NCBI GenBank assembly: GCA_015068155.1
Contig: SVLC01000002.1
Location: forward strand, 12,653 to 76,652
Source of the DNA: Oscillospiraceae bacterium
GTDB taxonomy: Bacteria; Bacillota; Clostridia; Oscillospirales; Oscillospiraceae
Direction of reading: 5' to 3'
Length of the DNA: 64,000 nt
The position numbers and the translations under genes are program-made. The notes below the pieces were generated by a model, which did no database searches, was not told where the DNA came from, and worked only from the letters and a program-made list of their open reading frames with translations. Within the stretch, counting starts at the first letter, position 1; the number at the start of each line of letters is the position of its first letter. This document shows, one piece after another, positions 48,970 through 58,779 of this stretch.

Positions 48970-51816
48970 TTGTCAGAGCCAAAAGCTTATCTGCCTATGC
49001 TCAACGGTCTGATGCTGGGCGAGGCCATCAGCAGCCACGACGGTGTGAACTGCTACCCTGCCATCCGCCACACCAATCAGGATAAGTACATACTGAAAGT
49101 CATCTCCGTACCCGCTTCCCAGGTGCAGCTGGATGCCATGTTGCTGACCGGCGCATTCCCCGGCCGGGAAGCGGCGATGGAATACTACCTGGATCTTTCT
49201 CAAGACGTTTTACGGGAAACCGATATCCTGCGGCAGTTAAGCCAGCAGGAGGGTTTTCTTCCATATTTGGATGCGCAGATCGTTGAGAAAGACTTTTTCA
49301 AGGGCTATGACGTATACTTACTAAGTCCTTTCCGCATCAGTCTTGAAGAAATTCTGGAAAAGCCCGCATTCACCCATAAGCAGGTCATGCGGCTGAGCCT
49401 GGATCTTTGCGCCGCATTGGCGGTATGCCGCCGGGCCGGGTATGTATATGTTGATCTGAAGCCCAGCAATATTTTTCATTCCGAAGAACAAGGCTATCGC
49501 ATCGGCGATGTGGGTTTTGCCGCTATCAGCTCCCTGCCCTATTCTTCCTTGCCCAATTCCTTCCGCAGCGCTTATTCTGCCCCGGAAATGCTGGAGGAAA
49601 TGGCCGTGATCAGCGATACAGCGGATGTTTATGCCCTGGGCATGGTGCTGTATCAGGTATATAATGGCGGGCAGTTGCCGGATCTTCACCCAGAAGAACC
49701 AATGCCTGCACCACTGTATGCAGATTACGAATTCTCCGAGATCCTTCTGAAAGCCTGCCACAAAGATCCCGCCATGCGCTGGAAGGATCCCATGGCTATG
49801 GCCCAGGCCATGATTGCCTACCTGCAAAAGAACCCGCCTGCCGAAGAAAGCATCTACCCTGCCGATCCGGAAGCCGCTGCGCAGGACGAAGCTTCTTTGG
49901 ATGATTTTCTGCCGGAAGCGGATCCCGAGGAGCTGCGCCGGGAAATGGAAGAGCTGGATGTGCAATACCCGGAGGAAGCAGAGATCCCGGTGGAGAACGA
50001 AGCGGAAGAAAATACCGAAACCATACTGGCGCAGGTGGATGAACTGATCGCCCATCCCCTGCCGGAGCCGCCCGTGGCGCCCCAACCCATCGATGTTCCT
50101 ATTCCGGAACGCATCAGCCTGGAGCCGGAAGAACCCGAACTGCCGGAGCAAGAGCCGGAACCTGAACCCGAACCGCAACCCATCCCCGAACCGAAGCCGG
50201 AATTGGAGCCGGAAGAACCGGAAGATACTGCCATAGCCGCGCCTGTGGAAAATATTCCCGTTTCCCCGCGGGAGGAAAAAGTCCGCCGACCCGTTCCCTG
50301 GAACGCGTTGGTGGCGATTCTTGTGGTGCTGGCGCTGGTCAGCGTCGCTCTGGGCGGTTACTACTTTTATCAGAACTACTATTTACAGACCGTTGATGCT
50401 TTGATTTTGGAGCAAAACGGTAATGTTGTATCCGTCAAAGTGATGGGTAATGTGGACAATACATTGCTGAGTGTGGTGTGCTCCGACAGTTACGGCAACT
50501 ATCAGCGGCAAACGGTGGTTGCCGGCGTGGCGCTGTTCCAGGATCTTACACCCCAGACCCATTATGTCATACGGTTGGAAATCAGTGGATGGCACAAGCT
50601 GACCGGAACGATCTCCGATACCTTCACCACCGCTTCGGATACCCGCATCACCCAGTTTACCGCCGCCATGGGCAGCGCCGACGGCTCCGTTTTGCTGCAA
50701 TTCAGCACCGCAGGCACTCCCAACGAAAACTGGATCATTTCCTATTATAACGATCAGCACCCACAAAATGTAATGCAACTGCCTGTCCAGGGAAATTCCA
50801 TGGAAATCAGCGGTTTGCGTATCGGCGCGCATTACACCTTTACCCTTTCCCGGGCCGACGGACAAGCCATCAGCGGACAGACACAGGCGCAGTTTACTGC
50901 CAGCAGGCTTCTGCTGCCGGAAAATCTCACGCTGACAGGCTTTACAGCCGACAGTATTACAGTACAATGGCAGCTGCCGGAATCGGCCGGCCAGACGGTT
51001 TGGCATGTGCATTGCTATGATGAGGCCGGTTACAGCCAGCGCCTTACCACCACCGATCTTACTGCCACTTTCACCGGTATTTCCCCGGAAAATAATTACA
51101 CCGTAGCGGTTCAAGCCGATCAAATGCCCCAGAACTGCACCCTTGCAATTCCAGCAGACCGTGTCAGTGTGGAGGAATTCCATTTTTCAGAACCTGTCAG
51201 CGGTTTTATTACCTTGACCTGGGATTCTGTGGGCGTTACGCCTTCGGACGGTTGGGTGATCCGTTGTACCATCGACGGTTTGGATCTGCCCATGCAGTAC
51301 AGCGGTGAAAACAATGTTTTACTGCCCCATATTCCCGGCGGCAGATACACTGTGGTTGTCAATGCTGTCGGCCCAGCCCTGCAATTTGGCAAGAATGATA
51401 CCTACCTCTGTCCCGAAGCAAAACGATTTGACCGTTTTGGTATTACCGACGGCGATTTGGACGGAAGCCTCTGCCTGCGGCCCGTCGAAGACGGCTGGAC
51501 GGGTCAGGATGTGCCCCAGGAAAATTATACGGATCTGTTCTCCACGGAGCAGACCATGGGACTGATCCTACAATCCCAGGAACCGGTGATACCGGAGGAA
51601 CTGACCGTAGCGCTTCAATTTATTTACCGGGATTCCGAAGGCAATTTGATCCACGAATCCCAGGAGAGCATCCCCTGGCATCTGCTTTGGAACGAAGACA
51701 TGGCAGCCATCGATCTTCCCTGGACGCCGGACACAGCCGGTTCGTATACCGTAGAGCTGTACATCGACGGTGAATATGTGGATTGCTGGTCTTTTTCCGT
51801 ATACAGAACAGAATAA
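48970..51816 (+). CDS. Atypical Hanks-type Ser/Thr kinase with TM helix and extracellular FN3-like repeats
   Basis: [34 protein letters not shown]; Pro/Glu-rich linker, TM, FN3-like repeats (SITVQW...YTVAVQA). TTG start after AGGAGG. Confidence 0.85.
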   Translation: MSEPKAYLPMLNGLMLGEAISSHDGVNCYPAIRHTNQDKYILKVISVPASQVQLDAMLLTGAFPGREAAMEYYLDLSQDVLRETDILRQLSQQEGFLPYLDAQIVEKDFFKGYDVYLLSPFRISLEEILEKPAFTHKQVMRLSLDLCAALAVCRRAGYVYVDLKPSNIFHSEEQGYRIGDVGFAAISSLPYSSLPNSFRSAYSAPEMLEEMAVISDTADVYALGMVLYQVYNGGQLPDLHPEEPMPAPLYADYEFSEILLKACHKDPAMRWKDPMAMAQAMIAYLQKNPPAEESIYPADPEAAAQDEASLDDFLPEADPEELRREMEELDVQYPEEAEIPVENEAEENTETILAQVDELIAHPLPEPPVAPQPIDVPIPERISLEPEEPELPEQEPEPEPEPQPIPEPKPELEPEEPEDTAIAAPVENIPVSPREEKVRRPVPWNALVAILVVLALVSVALGGYYFYQNYYLQTVDALILEQNGNVVSVKVMGNVDNTLLSVVCSDSYGNYQRQTVVAGVALFQDLTPQTHYVIRLEISGWHKLTGTISDTFTTASDTRITQFTAAMGSADGSVLLQFSTAGTPNENWIISYYNDQHPQNVMQLPVQGNSMEISGLRIGAHYTFTLSRADGQAISGQTQAQFTASRLLLPENLTLTGFTADSITVQWQLPESAGQTVWHVHCYDEAGYSQRLTTTDLTATFTGISPENNYTVAVQADQMPQNCTLAIPADRVSVEEFHFSEPVSGFITLTWDSVGVTPSDGWVIRCTIDGLDLPMQYSGENNVLLPHIPGGRYTVVVNAVGPALQFGKNDTYLCPEAKRFDRFGITDGDLDGSLCLRPVEDGWTGQDVPQENYTDLFSTEQTMGLILQSQEPVIPEELTVALQFIYRDSEGNLIHESQESIPWHLLWNEDMAAIDLPWTPDTAGSYTVELYIDGEYVDCWSFSVYRTE

Positions 51817-51831
51817 TCTTTTGGTTTTTAC

Positions 51832-51860
51832 TTGCGAAACAGGGCACCGTATGCTACAAT
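51832..51860 (+). promoter_or_regulatory. SigA-type promoter of the aro operon
   Basis: TTGCGA-N17-TACAAT with a TG extension. Confidence 0.65.
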
Positions 51861-51953
51861 AGACGAAATACGGCACCCGAGGGCAATTTATGCGACTTTT
51901 CCCGCGCTGCACGAACTTGCTTTCGTGCAGCGCGCTTTATTCAGGAGGATGCT

Positions 51954-52958
51954 ATGATCGCAGTATTAAAACAAGGCGCAACCGGCGAACAGATCCGCTT
52001 TTTGACCCATTGGCTGGAAGGTATGGGATTGCAGGTCCATGCCTATCCCTGCAACGATGTGATCATTTTGGGACTGATCGGCGATACCCAGCATATGGAT
52101 ATCCAACTGCTGCAGTCCATGGAAATTGTGGAAAAAGTGCAGCCGGTTTCCGAACCCTTTAAGCAAGCCAGCCGGAAATTCCATCCCGATGATACGGTAG
52201 TTACCGTTGGCAGTGCCAAATTCGGCGGCGGTCACTTTTCCGTGATCGCAGGACCATGCAGTGTGGAATCCGAAAGCCAGATCATCCAGGTGGCGCAATC
52301 CGTAAAGGATGCCGGCGCCCAGATCCTTCGCGGCGGCGCTTTCAAACCCCGTACTTCTCCCTATGCTTTCCAGGGTATGGGTGTGGATGGGCTGGCGCTT
52401 TTGCGTGTTGCCCGGGAAGCTACCGGTCTTCCCATATGCACCGAGTTGATGAACATCCACCAGTTGGAACTGTTCCAGGATATGGACATGCTGCAGATCG
52501 GTGCCAGAAATATGCAAAATTTCGAATTGTTAAGAGAAGTCGGCCGCACCCATAAGCCGGTGCTGCTGAAAAGAGGCTTGTCCTCCACCCTGCAGGAGCT
52601 GCTGATGAGCGCGGAATACATCATGCAGGAAGGCAATACGAATATTATTCTGTGCGAGCGGGGTATTCGTACCTTTGAAACAGCTACCCGCAACACCCTG
52701 GATCTGTCCGCCGTACCGGCGCTGCAGGAAATGTCCCATCTGCCTGTGGTGGTGGATCCCAGTCACGGTACCGGAAAAGCCAACTTGGTGCCTGCTATGG
52801 CATTGGCCGCCACCGCTGCAGGCGCCGACGGCCTTATGATCGAAGTACACAACGATCCTGCCAACGCGCTTTGCGACGGTGCGCAATCTCTCACAACCAA
52901 ACAATTTGCCGATCTGAGCAAGCGCATTGCAAAGATGCGGGAGGGGATGAAACAATGA
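51954..52958 (+). CDS. aroF: DAHP synthase type I-beta with an N-terminal regulatory domain
   Basis: [46 protein letters not shown]. Confidence 0.96.
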   Translation: MIAVLKQGATGEQIRFLTHWLEGMGLQVHAYPCNDVIILGLIGDTQHMDIQLLQSMEIVEKVQPVSEPFKQASRKFHPDDTVVTVGSAKFGGGHFSVIAGPCSVESESQIIQVAQSVKDAGAQILRGGAFKPRTSPYAFQGMGVDGLALLRVAREATGLPICTELMNIHQLELFQDMDMLQIGARNMQNFELLREVGRTHKPVLLKRGLSSTLQELLMSAEYIMQEGNTNIILCERGIRTFETATRNTLDLSAVPALQEMSHLPVVVDPSHGTGKANLVPAMALAATAAGADGLMIEVHNDPANALCDGAQSLTTKQFADLSKRIAKMREGMKQ

Positions 52959-53980
52959 CGGAAATCAAAATTCATGCCTCCCGGGACTACACAGTGTCCA
53001 TAGGCAGCGGTATATTATCGCGTATCGCCGATTGGATCCCATCCGGCGCCGGTGTCTGCATCGTCAGCGACAGCAATGTGGGGCCGATTTACGGAATTAT
53101 CCTGCAAAAGTTTTTCCATGCAAACAAGATCCAAAACTGTTATTATACAATTCCCGCCGGCGAAGCCAGTAAAAACGCCGAATCCTATCTGGCGCTTTTG
53201 GATTATTTATCCGTCAATCAGTTCACACGTTCCGACTGTATCATCGCCCTGGGCGGCGGCGTAGTGGGCGATCTTGCCGGCTTTGCCGCTGCCACCTATT
53301 TGCGAGGCATTCCCTACATTCAAGTCCCCACTACCCTGCTGGCCATGGTAGATTCCTCCGTGGGAGGCAAAACCGGTATTGATCTGCCTGCGGGGAAGAA
53401 TCTGGTCGGCGCATTTTATCAGCCTGCCGCTGTGATCTGTGATACGGATCTAATGAACACTCTGCCGGAAGAAATCTTCAGAGACGGCTGCGCGGAGGTG
53501 ATCAAATACGCCGTATTATATGACCCCGCGCTTTTTGCTCATTTGGAAGAAAGAGGCATGGATTTTGACCGGGAACGGGTCATTACCCAATGTATTGAAT
53601 GGAAACGCAAATCAGTGGAACAGGATGAATTGGACCGGGGCAGCCGCATGCTGTTGAACCTGGGCCACACCATCGGTCATGCCATTGAATCCGTCAGCAA
53701 TTATTGCATATCCCATGGCCAGGCCGTTGCCATAGGCATCGCCACCGTCAGCCGCGCGGCCGGATGCACCGATACGGACCGTATTCTTTCTTTGCTGCAC
53801 CGCTTTGGCCTGCCCACCAGCTGCCAGTATTCCGCTGAGGCATTGGCCCAGGCAGCAAAATCCGACAAAAAACGCAGCGGCGATCAAGTCCATCTGATCA
53901 TCCCCCGCGCCATTGGCGATTGCGCCGTTATGCCTATCGATATTGAAGAATTGGAAGTCTTTATAAAGAAAGGTCTATGA
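52955..53980 (+). CDS. aroB: 3-dehydroquinate synthase
   Basis: [42 protein letters not shown]. Confidence 0.97.
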   Translation: MTEIKIHASRDYTVSIGSGILSRIADWIPSGAGVCIVSDSNVGPIYGIILQKFFHANKIQNCYYTIPAGEASKNAESYLALLDYLSVNQFTRSDCIIALGGGVVGDLAGFAAATYLRGIPYIQVPTTLLAMVDSSVGGKTGIDLPAGKNLVGAFYQPAAVICDTDLMNTLPEEIFRDGCAEVIKYAVLYDPALFAHLEERGMDFDRERVITQCIEWKRKSVEQDELDRGSRMLLNLGHTIGHAIESVSNYCISHGQAVAIGIATVSRAAGCTDTDRILSLLHRFGLPTSCQYSAEALAQAAKSDKKRSGDQVHLIIPRAIGDCAVMPIDIEELEVFIKKGL

Positions 53981-53981
53981 T

Positions 53982-55139
53982 ATGGACATTACCTTACAGC
54001 CCGGAAAATTATCGGGCAGCGTCGCCGTTCCCCCTTCCAAGTCCATAGTCCACAGGATGCTGATCTGCGCAGCCTTTTCCCACCAACCCTCAACTATATT
54101 TTGCACCGATCCAGGCCAGGATATAGAAGCAACTGCAGACTGTCTTCAGGCCTTGGGCGCAGAGATCCGGCGCAGTGCGGACGCTTTTCAGGTTATTCCT
54201 GTAAAAAAGCTCCCTGACGAAGCGCGTCTAAATTGCCGCGAGAGCGGCTCTACCCTACGGTTTCTGCTGCCGATCGTTGGCGCGTTGGGCGTTGAAACCG
54301 CCTTCGAGATGGAAGGAAGATTGCCGCAACGTCCCCTTTTCCCTCTTTGGGAGGAAATGGAGCGAATGGGCTGCCGTCTGTATTGGGAATCAGATTTCCT
54401 TCTGCGCTGCTGCGGAAAACTTCGCCCCGGCGCATACCGCATGGACGGCAGCATTTCCAGTCAATTCATTTCCGGGCTTATGATGGCATTGCCGCTGATC
54501 CACGGACAGACCGACTTGAAGATCACGGGAACGGTGGAATCCAAGCCCTATATCCGAATGACGCAGCATGTGCTGGATCAGTTTTCCGGAACACATCCGG
54601 CGCAGCTTACCCCAGAAAGTGATTGGAGCAGCGCCGCCTTTTGGATGGCCGCAAATGCCTTGGGCAGTAATGTGGAGATTACGGGATTAAACAATGCATC
54701 CCTGCAAGGCGATCGTGCTGTTACCGACTGTCTTCCGAAACTGAGGGAAAATACAGCCATTTCCGCCAAGGATATTCCGGATCTGATCCCTGTGTTATCT
54801 GTAGTGGCCGCTGCCGGCAACGGCGCTGTATTTTCGGATATCGGTCGGCTTCGCTACAAAGAATCGGATCGTGTATCAGCAATTGCAGCCATGTTGGAAA
54901 GCTTAGGCGGCAAAGCGGAAGCCACAGAAGATACCCTGACCATTTTCGGCACCGGACTTATAGGCGGCATTGTAGACAGCTATGCTGACCACCGCATCGC
55001 CATGTCTGCCGCCATTGCGGCAACGGTATGCAACGAACCGGTCACGGTTTTGGGAGCAGAATGCGTCAAAAAATCCTATCCCGGTTTTTGGGAAGCATAT
55101 GCCAGCTTAGGAGGACATTATGAAAAGCAGTTACGGTGA
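53982..55139 (+). CDS. aroA: EPSP synthase
   Basis: PSKS, CRESGSTLRF, SSQFISG, LRYKESDR, DHRIAM, KSYP. Confidence 0.95.
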   Translation: MDITLQPGKLSGSVAVPPSKSIVHRMLICAAFSHQPSTIFCTDPGQDIEATADCLQALGAEIRRSADAFQVIPVKKLPDEARLNCRESGSTLRFLLPIVGALGVETAFEMEGRLPQRPLFPLWEEMERMGCRLYWESDFLLRCCGKLRPGAYRMDGSISSQFISGLMMALPLIHGQTDLKITGTVESKPYIRMTQHVLDQFSGTHPAQLTPESDWSSAAFWMAANALGSNVEITGLNNASLQGDRAVTDCLPKLRENTAISAKDIPDLIPVLSVVAAAGNGAVFSDIGRLRYKESDRVSAIAAMLESLGGKAEATEDTLTIFGTGLIGGIVDSYADHRIAMSAAIAATVCNEPVTVLGAECVKKSYPGFWEAYASLGGHYEKQLR

Positions 55140-56196
55140 AAACTTAAAACTGACCATTTACGGCGCTTCCCATGGGGACAAAATCGGCATGACCCTGGAA
55201 GGCATTCCGGCCGGATTGGTGATGGATCCCGAAAAGCTGCAGACATTCCTGAACAGAAGAGCCCCCGGACAAAACCAATGGTCCACCGCCCGGAAAGAAG
55301 CAGATATTCCCCATTTTCTTTCCGGCATTACGGACGGTTATACCAACGGCGAGACCATTGAAGCCGTGATCTACAACGAAAACATCAAAAGATCCGATTA
55401 TAAGGACTTAAAATACATTCCCCGGCCAGGCCATGCGGATTTTACCGCCTGGATGAAATACGGCCTGGACTTTGATATGTCCGGCGGCGGGCCTTTCTCC
55501 GGCCGCATGACCGCTCCTCTGTGCATTGCAGGAGGGTTGTGCAAGCAATGGCTGGAATCAAAGGGGATCCGCATTGGGGCGCATATCCTCTACATCAGCA
55601 CCGGAGAGCATTGTGATCATTACTTTGATGCGTTGAATCCGGAGATTGATCAAATTGATCAGACATTTCCGGTCTTAAATCCCGATGTCGGTCGGGAAAT
55701 GCGGCACCTGATTTCCAGGTTACATGCCGATGGTGACAGTGCCGGCGGGTTGGTCGAATGCGCAATTACAGGCCTGCCTGTCGGTATTGGAAGTCACCTT
55801 TTCGGCGGAGTGGAAAGCCATCTTTCTCAAATCATGTATGCCATCCCTGCCGTTAAGGAAATACGATTTGGAAATGACGCCGTATCCATCGATATGCTGG
55901 GATACGAATACAATGATAACCTCTGTATTAAAAATGGCAAAATTACTTTTGATTCCAACAATGCAGGCGGGATTTTGGGTGGCATCACAACCGGTATGCC
56001 CGTAATCTTCCAGGTGGGTTTCAAGCCTACGCCGTCCATTGCAAGGCCGCAGAAGAGCGTAAATTTGAAGACCATGGAAGAAGTGACCATTGAAGTTAAG
56101 GGCCGGCACGATCCCTGCATCGTCCCCAGAGCGGTGCCGGTGGTGGAAGCTGCAGCCGCGATCGGCATATATGATTTGATCCTTGGAGGAATTTGA
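55120..56196 (+). CDS. aroC: Chorismate synthase
   Basis: GASHG, PRPGHAD, FSGRMT, NNAGGILGGIT, KPTPSI, GRHDPC. Confidence 0.97.
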   Translation: MKSSYGENLKLTIYGASHGDKIGMTLEGIPAGLVMDPEKLQTFLNRRAPGQNQWSTARKEADIPHFLSGITDGYTNGETIEAVIYNENIKRSDYKDLKYIPRPGHADFTAWMKYGLDFDMSGGGPFSGRMTAPLCIAGGLCKQWLESKGIRIGAHILYISTGEHCDHYFDALNPEIDQIDQTFPVLNPDVGREMRHLISRLHADGDSAGGLVECAITGLPVGIGSHLFGGVESHLSQIMYAIPAVKEIRFGNDAVSIDMLGYEYNDNLCIKNGKITFDSNNAGGILGGITTGMPVIFQVGFKPTPSIARPQKSVNLKTMEEVTIEVKGRHDPCIVPRAVPVVEAAAAIGIYDLILGGI

Positions 56197-57057
56197 ATGG
56201 ACCTGAACGAACTGCGTTTGGAAATTGACAAAATCGACGATGCTTTGGTACAACTGTTCGTCCAGCGAATGGAAGTATCCGCCCGGATCGCCGACTACAA
56301 AAAAGCAAATGATCTGCCTATCTTTGTTCCCAGCCGGGAAGCGGAGAAGCTGCTGGATGTGGCCAAAAAAGCCGGCCCAGAAATGGCGCAATACACCAAA
56401 GTGCTGTATGATCTGCTATTTGAACTGAGCCGTGGCTACCAATCTCAGCGCAACGCCCCCAGGACGGCGTTATACGGTCAGATCCAGCAAGCCCTGGAGA
56501 AAACACCCAAGCTGCTGTCCAAAACCGCAGCGGTGGCCTACACCGGCGGCAGCGACAGCCGAATGCTCTGCGCAAAGGCTTTCGGCGCCGGGCCGGTAAT
56601 GGAATTCAAGGACACCCAGGGCGTTATCGCCGCCGTCACCGCAGGTATGTGCATCTATGGCATTTTGCCCCTGGATACCGACCGCAAGAACACATACGAT
56701 CAACTGGCTTCCGGAGGACTATTTATCGTTCGCCGTTTCCGGCTGAATGATAACCGGCAGTATATTTGTGTCAGCAAATCGTTGGAGATCTACCCCGGCT
56801 CTGATCGATGCAGCATCCGCATGGCCCTTGCCAATCGGCCGGGGGCGCTGTACAAGGTGCTGTCCCGGCTGTATACCCTGGGGATCAACGTTGCTGGTTT
56901 GGAATCCAGAAATATTCCCCAGGAAAATTTCCAGGGGATGTTCTATTTTGACTTGGAAACCTCCGTATATTCCGAAGAATTTGTTCTGCTGATCTGCGAA
57001 TTAGGCGATCTTTGCCAGGAATTCTATTATTTGGGTAGCTACACCGAGGTGGTTTGA
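56197..57057 (+). CDS. pheA: Chorismate mutase fused to a truncated prephenate dehydratase-like domain and an ACT domain (PheA derivative)
   Basis: LNELRLEIDKID...RE chorismate mutase domain and C-terminal ACT (RPGALYKVL...INV..LESR...FYFD...LGSY). The PDT core is short and lacks SHxQA and TRF. Confidence 0.8.
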   Translation: MDLNELRLEIDKIDDALVQLFVQRMEVSARIADYKKANDLPIFVPSREAEKLLDVAKKAGPEMAQYTKVLYDLLFELSRGYQSQRNAPRTALYGQIQQALEKTPKLLSKTAAVAYTGGSDSRMLCAKAFGAGPVMEFKDTQGVIAAVTAGMCIYGILPLDTDRKNTYDQLASGGLFIVRRFRLNDNRQYICVSKSLEIYPGSDRCSIRMALANRPGALYKVLSRLYTLGINVAGLESRNIPQENFQGMFYFDLETSVYSEEFVLLICELGDLCQEFYYLGSYTEVV

Positions 57058-57058
57058 C

Positions 57059-58282
57059 ATGAAATGCGGTTTACTTGGCCGTAAATTGGGGCACAGCTAC
57101 TCCCCTGCCATTCATGCGTTACTGGGAGATTACGAATACGATCTATATGAAGTTGAGCCGGAAAACCTGGAAGATTTTCTGCGAAACGGTGATTTTGACG
57201 GGCTGAATGTAACCATTCCCTACAAGCAGACCGTGATCCCACATCTGGATGAATTAACCTCCGTCGCAAAGGAACTGGGGGCTGTAAATACCATCCTCCG
57301 AAAGAATGGAAAGCTGATCGGTACCAATACCGACTATTTTGGCTTTCATTCCATGATCGCCAAAAGCGGGCTTTCTCCTGCAGGAAAAAAATGTCTGGTA
57401 TTAGGCAGCGGCGGCGCATCCAAAGTTGTGCAAACGGTTCTTCAGGAATATGGCGCTGATGTCATTGTCATATCACGAACCGGTGAAAACAGCTACCATA
57501 ACATCGCAATCCACAGCGATGCCGCCATTCTTGTAAATGCTACCCCTGTGGGTATGTATCCGAACACCGGCACTTCACCTGTAGATTTGGATCTATTTCC
57601 AAACCTGGAAGGGGTTTTAGACCTTATTTATAACCCCGCCAGAACCAAACTGCTGATGGACGCGGAAAATAGAAGCATTGTGGCTATGAATGGCCTGTGG
57701 ATGCTGGCAGCGCAGGCAAAGTGCGCCGCTGAGTATTTTACCGGGATGCCAATTCCCGGCGATATCACCGGGCAGATACACGCCGATATCAAAAGAAGAA
57801 GCGAAAACATCATCCTCATCGGGATGCCCGGCTGTGGAAAGTCTACCGTTGGCAAGCTGCTTGCCGCAAAGACGGGCAAACTCTTCGTGGATGCAGATGC
57901 GGAAATCGAAAAAATGGCAAAAAAAACCATCCCCCGGATTTTTGCGGAGGACGGCGAACCCGTTTTTCGGAATTGGGAGACCCAGGTGATGGAAAAACTC
58001 GGCAAAGAATCCGGCCTTGTGATCGCCACCGGCGGCGGCTGCGTTACCATGGAACGCAACTATCCCCTGCTCCATCAAAACGGCAGGATCTTTTGGCTGC
58101 AACGGGATGTGGAAAATCTAGCCACAGACGGCAGGCCGCTTTCTCAAAACATAGATTTGAAGGAAATGTACGAAAGCCGGAAGGCTATGTATCAACGGTT
58201 TTCGGATCACGAGATCGACAACAACGGAGATGTTCATGCCGCCGTTACCGAAATCATCACCAAATGGAGATGCTGCATATGA
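57059..58282 (+). CDS. Shikimate dehydrogenase-shikimate kinase fusion (AroE-AroK)
   Basis: HSYSP, NVTIPYK, GAVNT, NTD, LGSGGA, NATPVGM, then LIGMPGCGKST, ATGGG, RPL. Confidence 0.94.
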   Translation: MKCGLLGRKLGHSYSPAIHALLGDYEYDLYEVEPENLEDFLRNGDFDGLNVTIPYKQTVIPHLDELTSVAKELGAVNTILRKNGKLIGTNTDYFGFHSMIAKSGLSPAGKKCLVLGSGGASKVVQTVLQEYGADVIVISRTGENSYHNIAIHSDAAILVNATPVGMYPNTGTSPVDLDLFPNLEGVLDLIYNPARTKLLMDAENRSIVAMNGLWMLAAQAKCAAEYFTGMPIPGDITGQIHADIKRRSENIILIGMPGCGKSTVGKLLAAKTGKLFVDADAEIEKMAKKTIPRIFAEDGEPVFRNWETQVMEKLGKESGLVIATGGGCVTMERNYPLLHQNGRIFWLQRDVENLATDGRPLSQNIDLKEMYESRKAMYQRFSDHEIDNNGDVHAAVTEIITKWRCCI

Positions 58283-58779
58283 AAATTCTTGTGCTCAATG
58301 GCCCTAACATCAATATGCTGGGTATCCGGGAGCCGGATATCTACGGCAAAGAGACATTTGCCGATCTGCTTTCTCTTTTGCATCAAACCGCACTGGAAGA
58401 AAATGTCGAAATCGAACAGTACCAGAGTAATCACGAGGGCTGCCTGGTAGACAAAATTCAGGCGGCCTATGGCATCTATGACGGCATCGTGATCAATCCC
58501 GCCGCCTACACCCATACTTCCATTGCCATTTTGGACGCGCTGAAGGCCGTGAACATTCCGGCTGTTGAGGTGCATATCTCCGATTTGAGCCAACGGGAGG
58601 CCTTCCGGCAGATTTCCTATGCAGGGATGGCCTGTGAGAAGACCATCGCAGGTCACGGGATCCAAGGTTATCGGGAAGCAATTCTATATCTAAAACATAA
58701 TCGAGTAGGAGGGGCTTTTAGCCCCGACCTCTCACACCACCGTGCGTACGGTTCCGTACACGGCGGTTCAATCGCATAA
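58279..58779 (+). CDS. aroQ: Type II 3-dehydroquinate dehydratase, C-terminally extended by the intron insertion
   Basis: LNGPNINMLG.REP.IYG, QSNHEG, INPAAYTHTS, EVHIS. The native stop is displaced to 60588-60590. Confidence 0.94.
   Translation: MKILVLNGPNINMLGIREPDIYGKETFADLLSLLHQTALEENVEIEQYQSNHEGCLVDKIQAAYGIYDGIVINPAAYTHTSIAILDALKAVNIPAVEVHISDLSQREAFRQISYAGMACEKTIAGHGIQGYREAILYLKHNRVGGAFSPDLSHHRAYGSVHGGSIA

Noticed and set aside
50130-50225. GAACC/GAGCC tandem-like repeats
   Set aside because: They encode the Pro-Glu linker of the kinase and are coding low complexity.
53982-55139. AroA shorter than textbook EPSP synthases (385 aa)
   Set aside because: All key motifs are present and the shortening is in loop regions, so it is not evidence of decay.
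57059-58282. AroE-AroK fusion as a novelty
   Set aside because: This fusion is known in Clostridia, so it is listed as a feature only.
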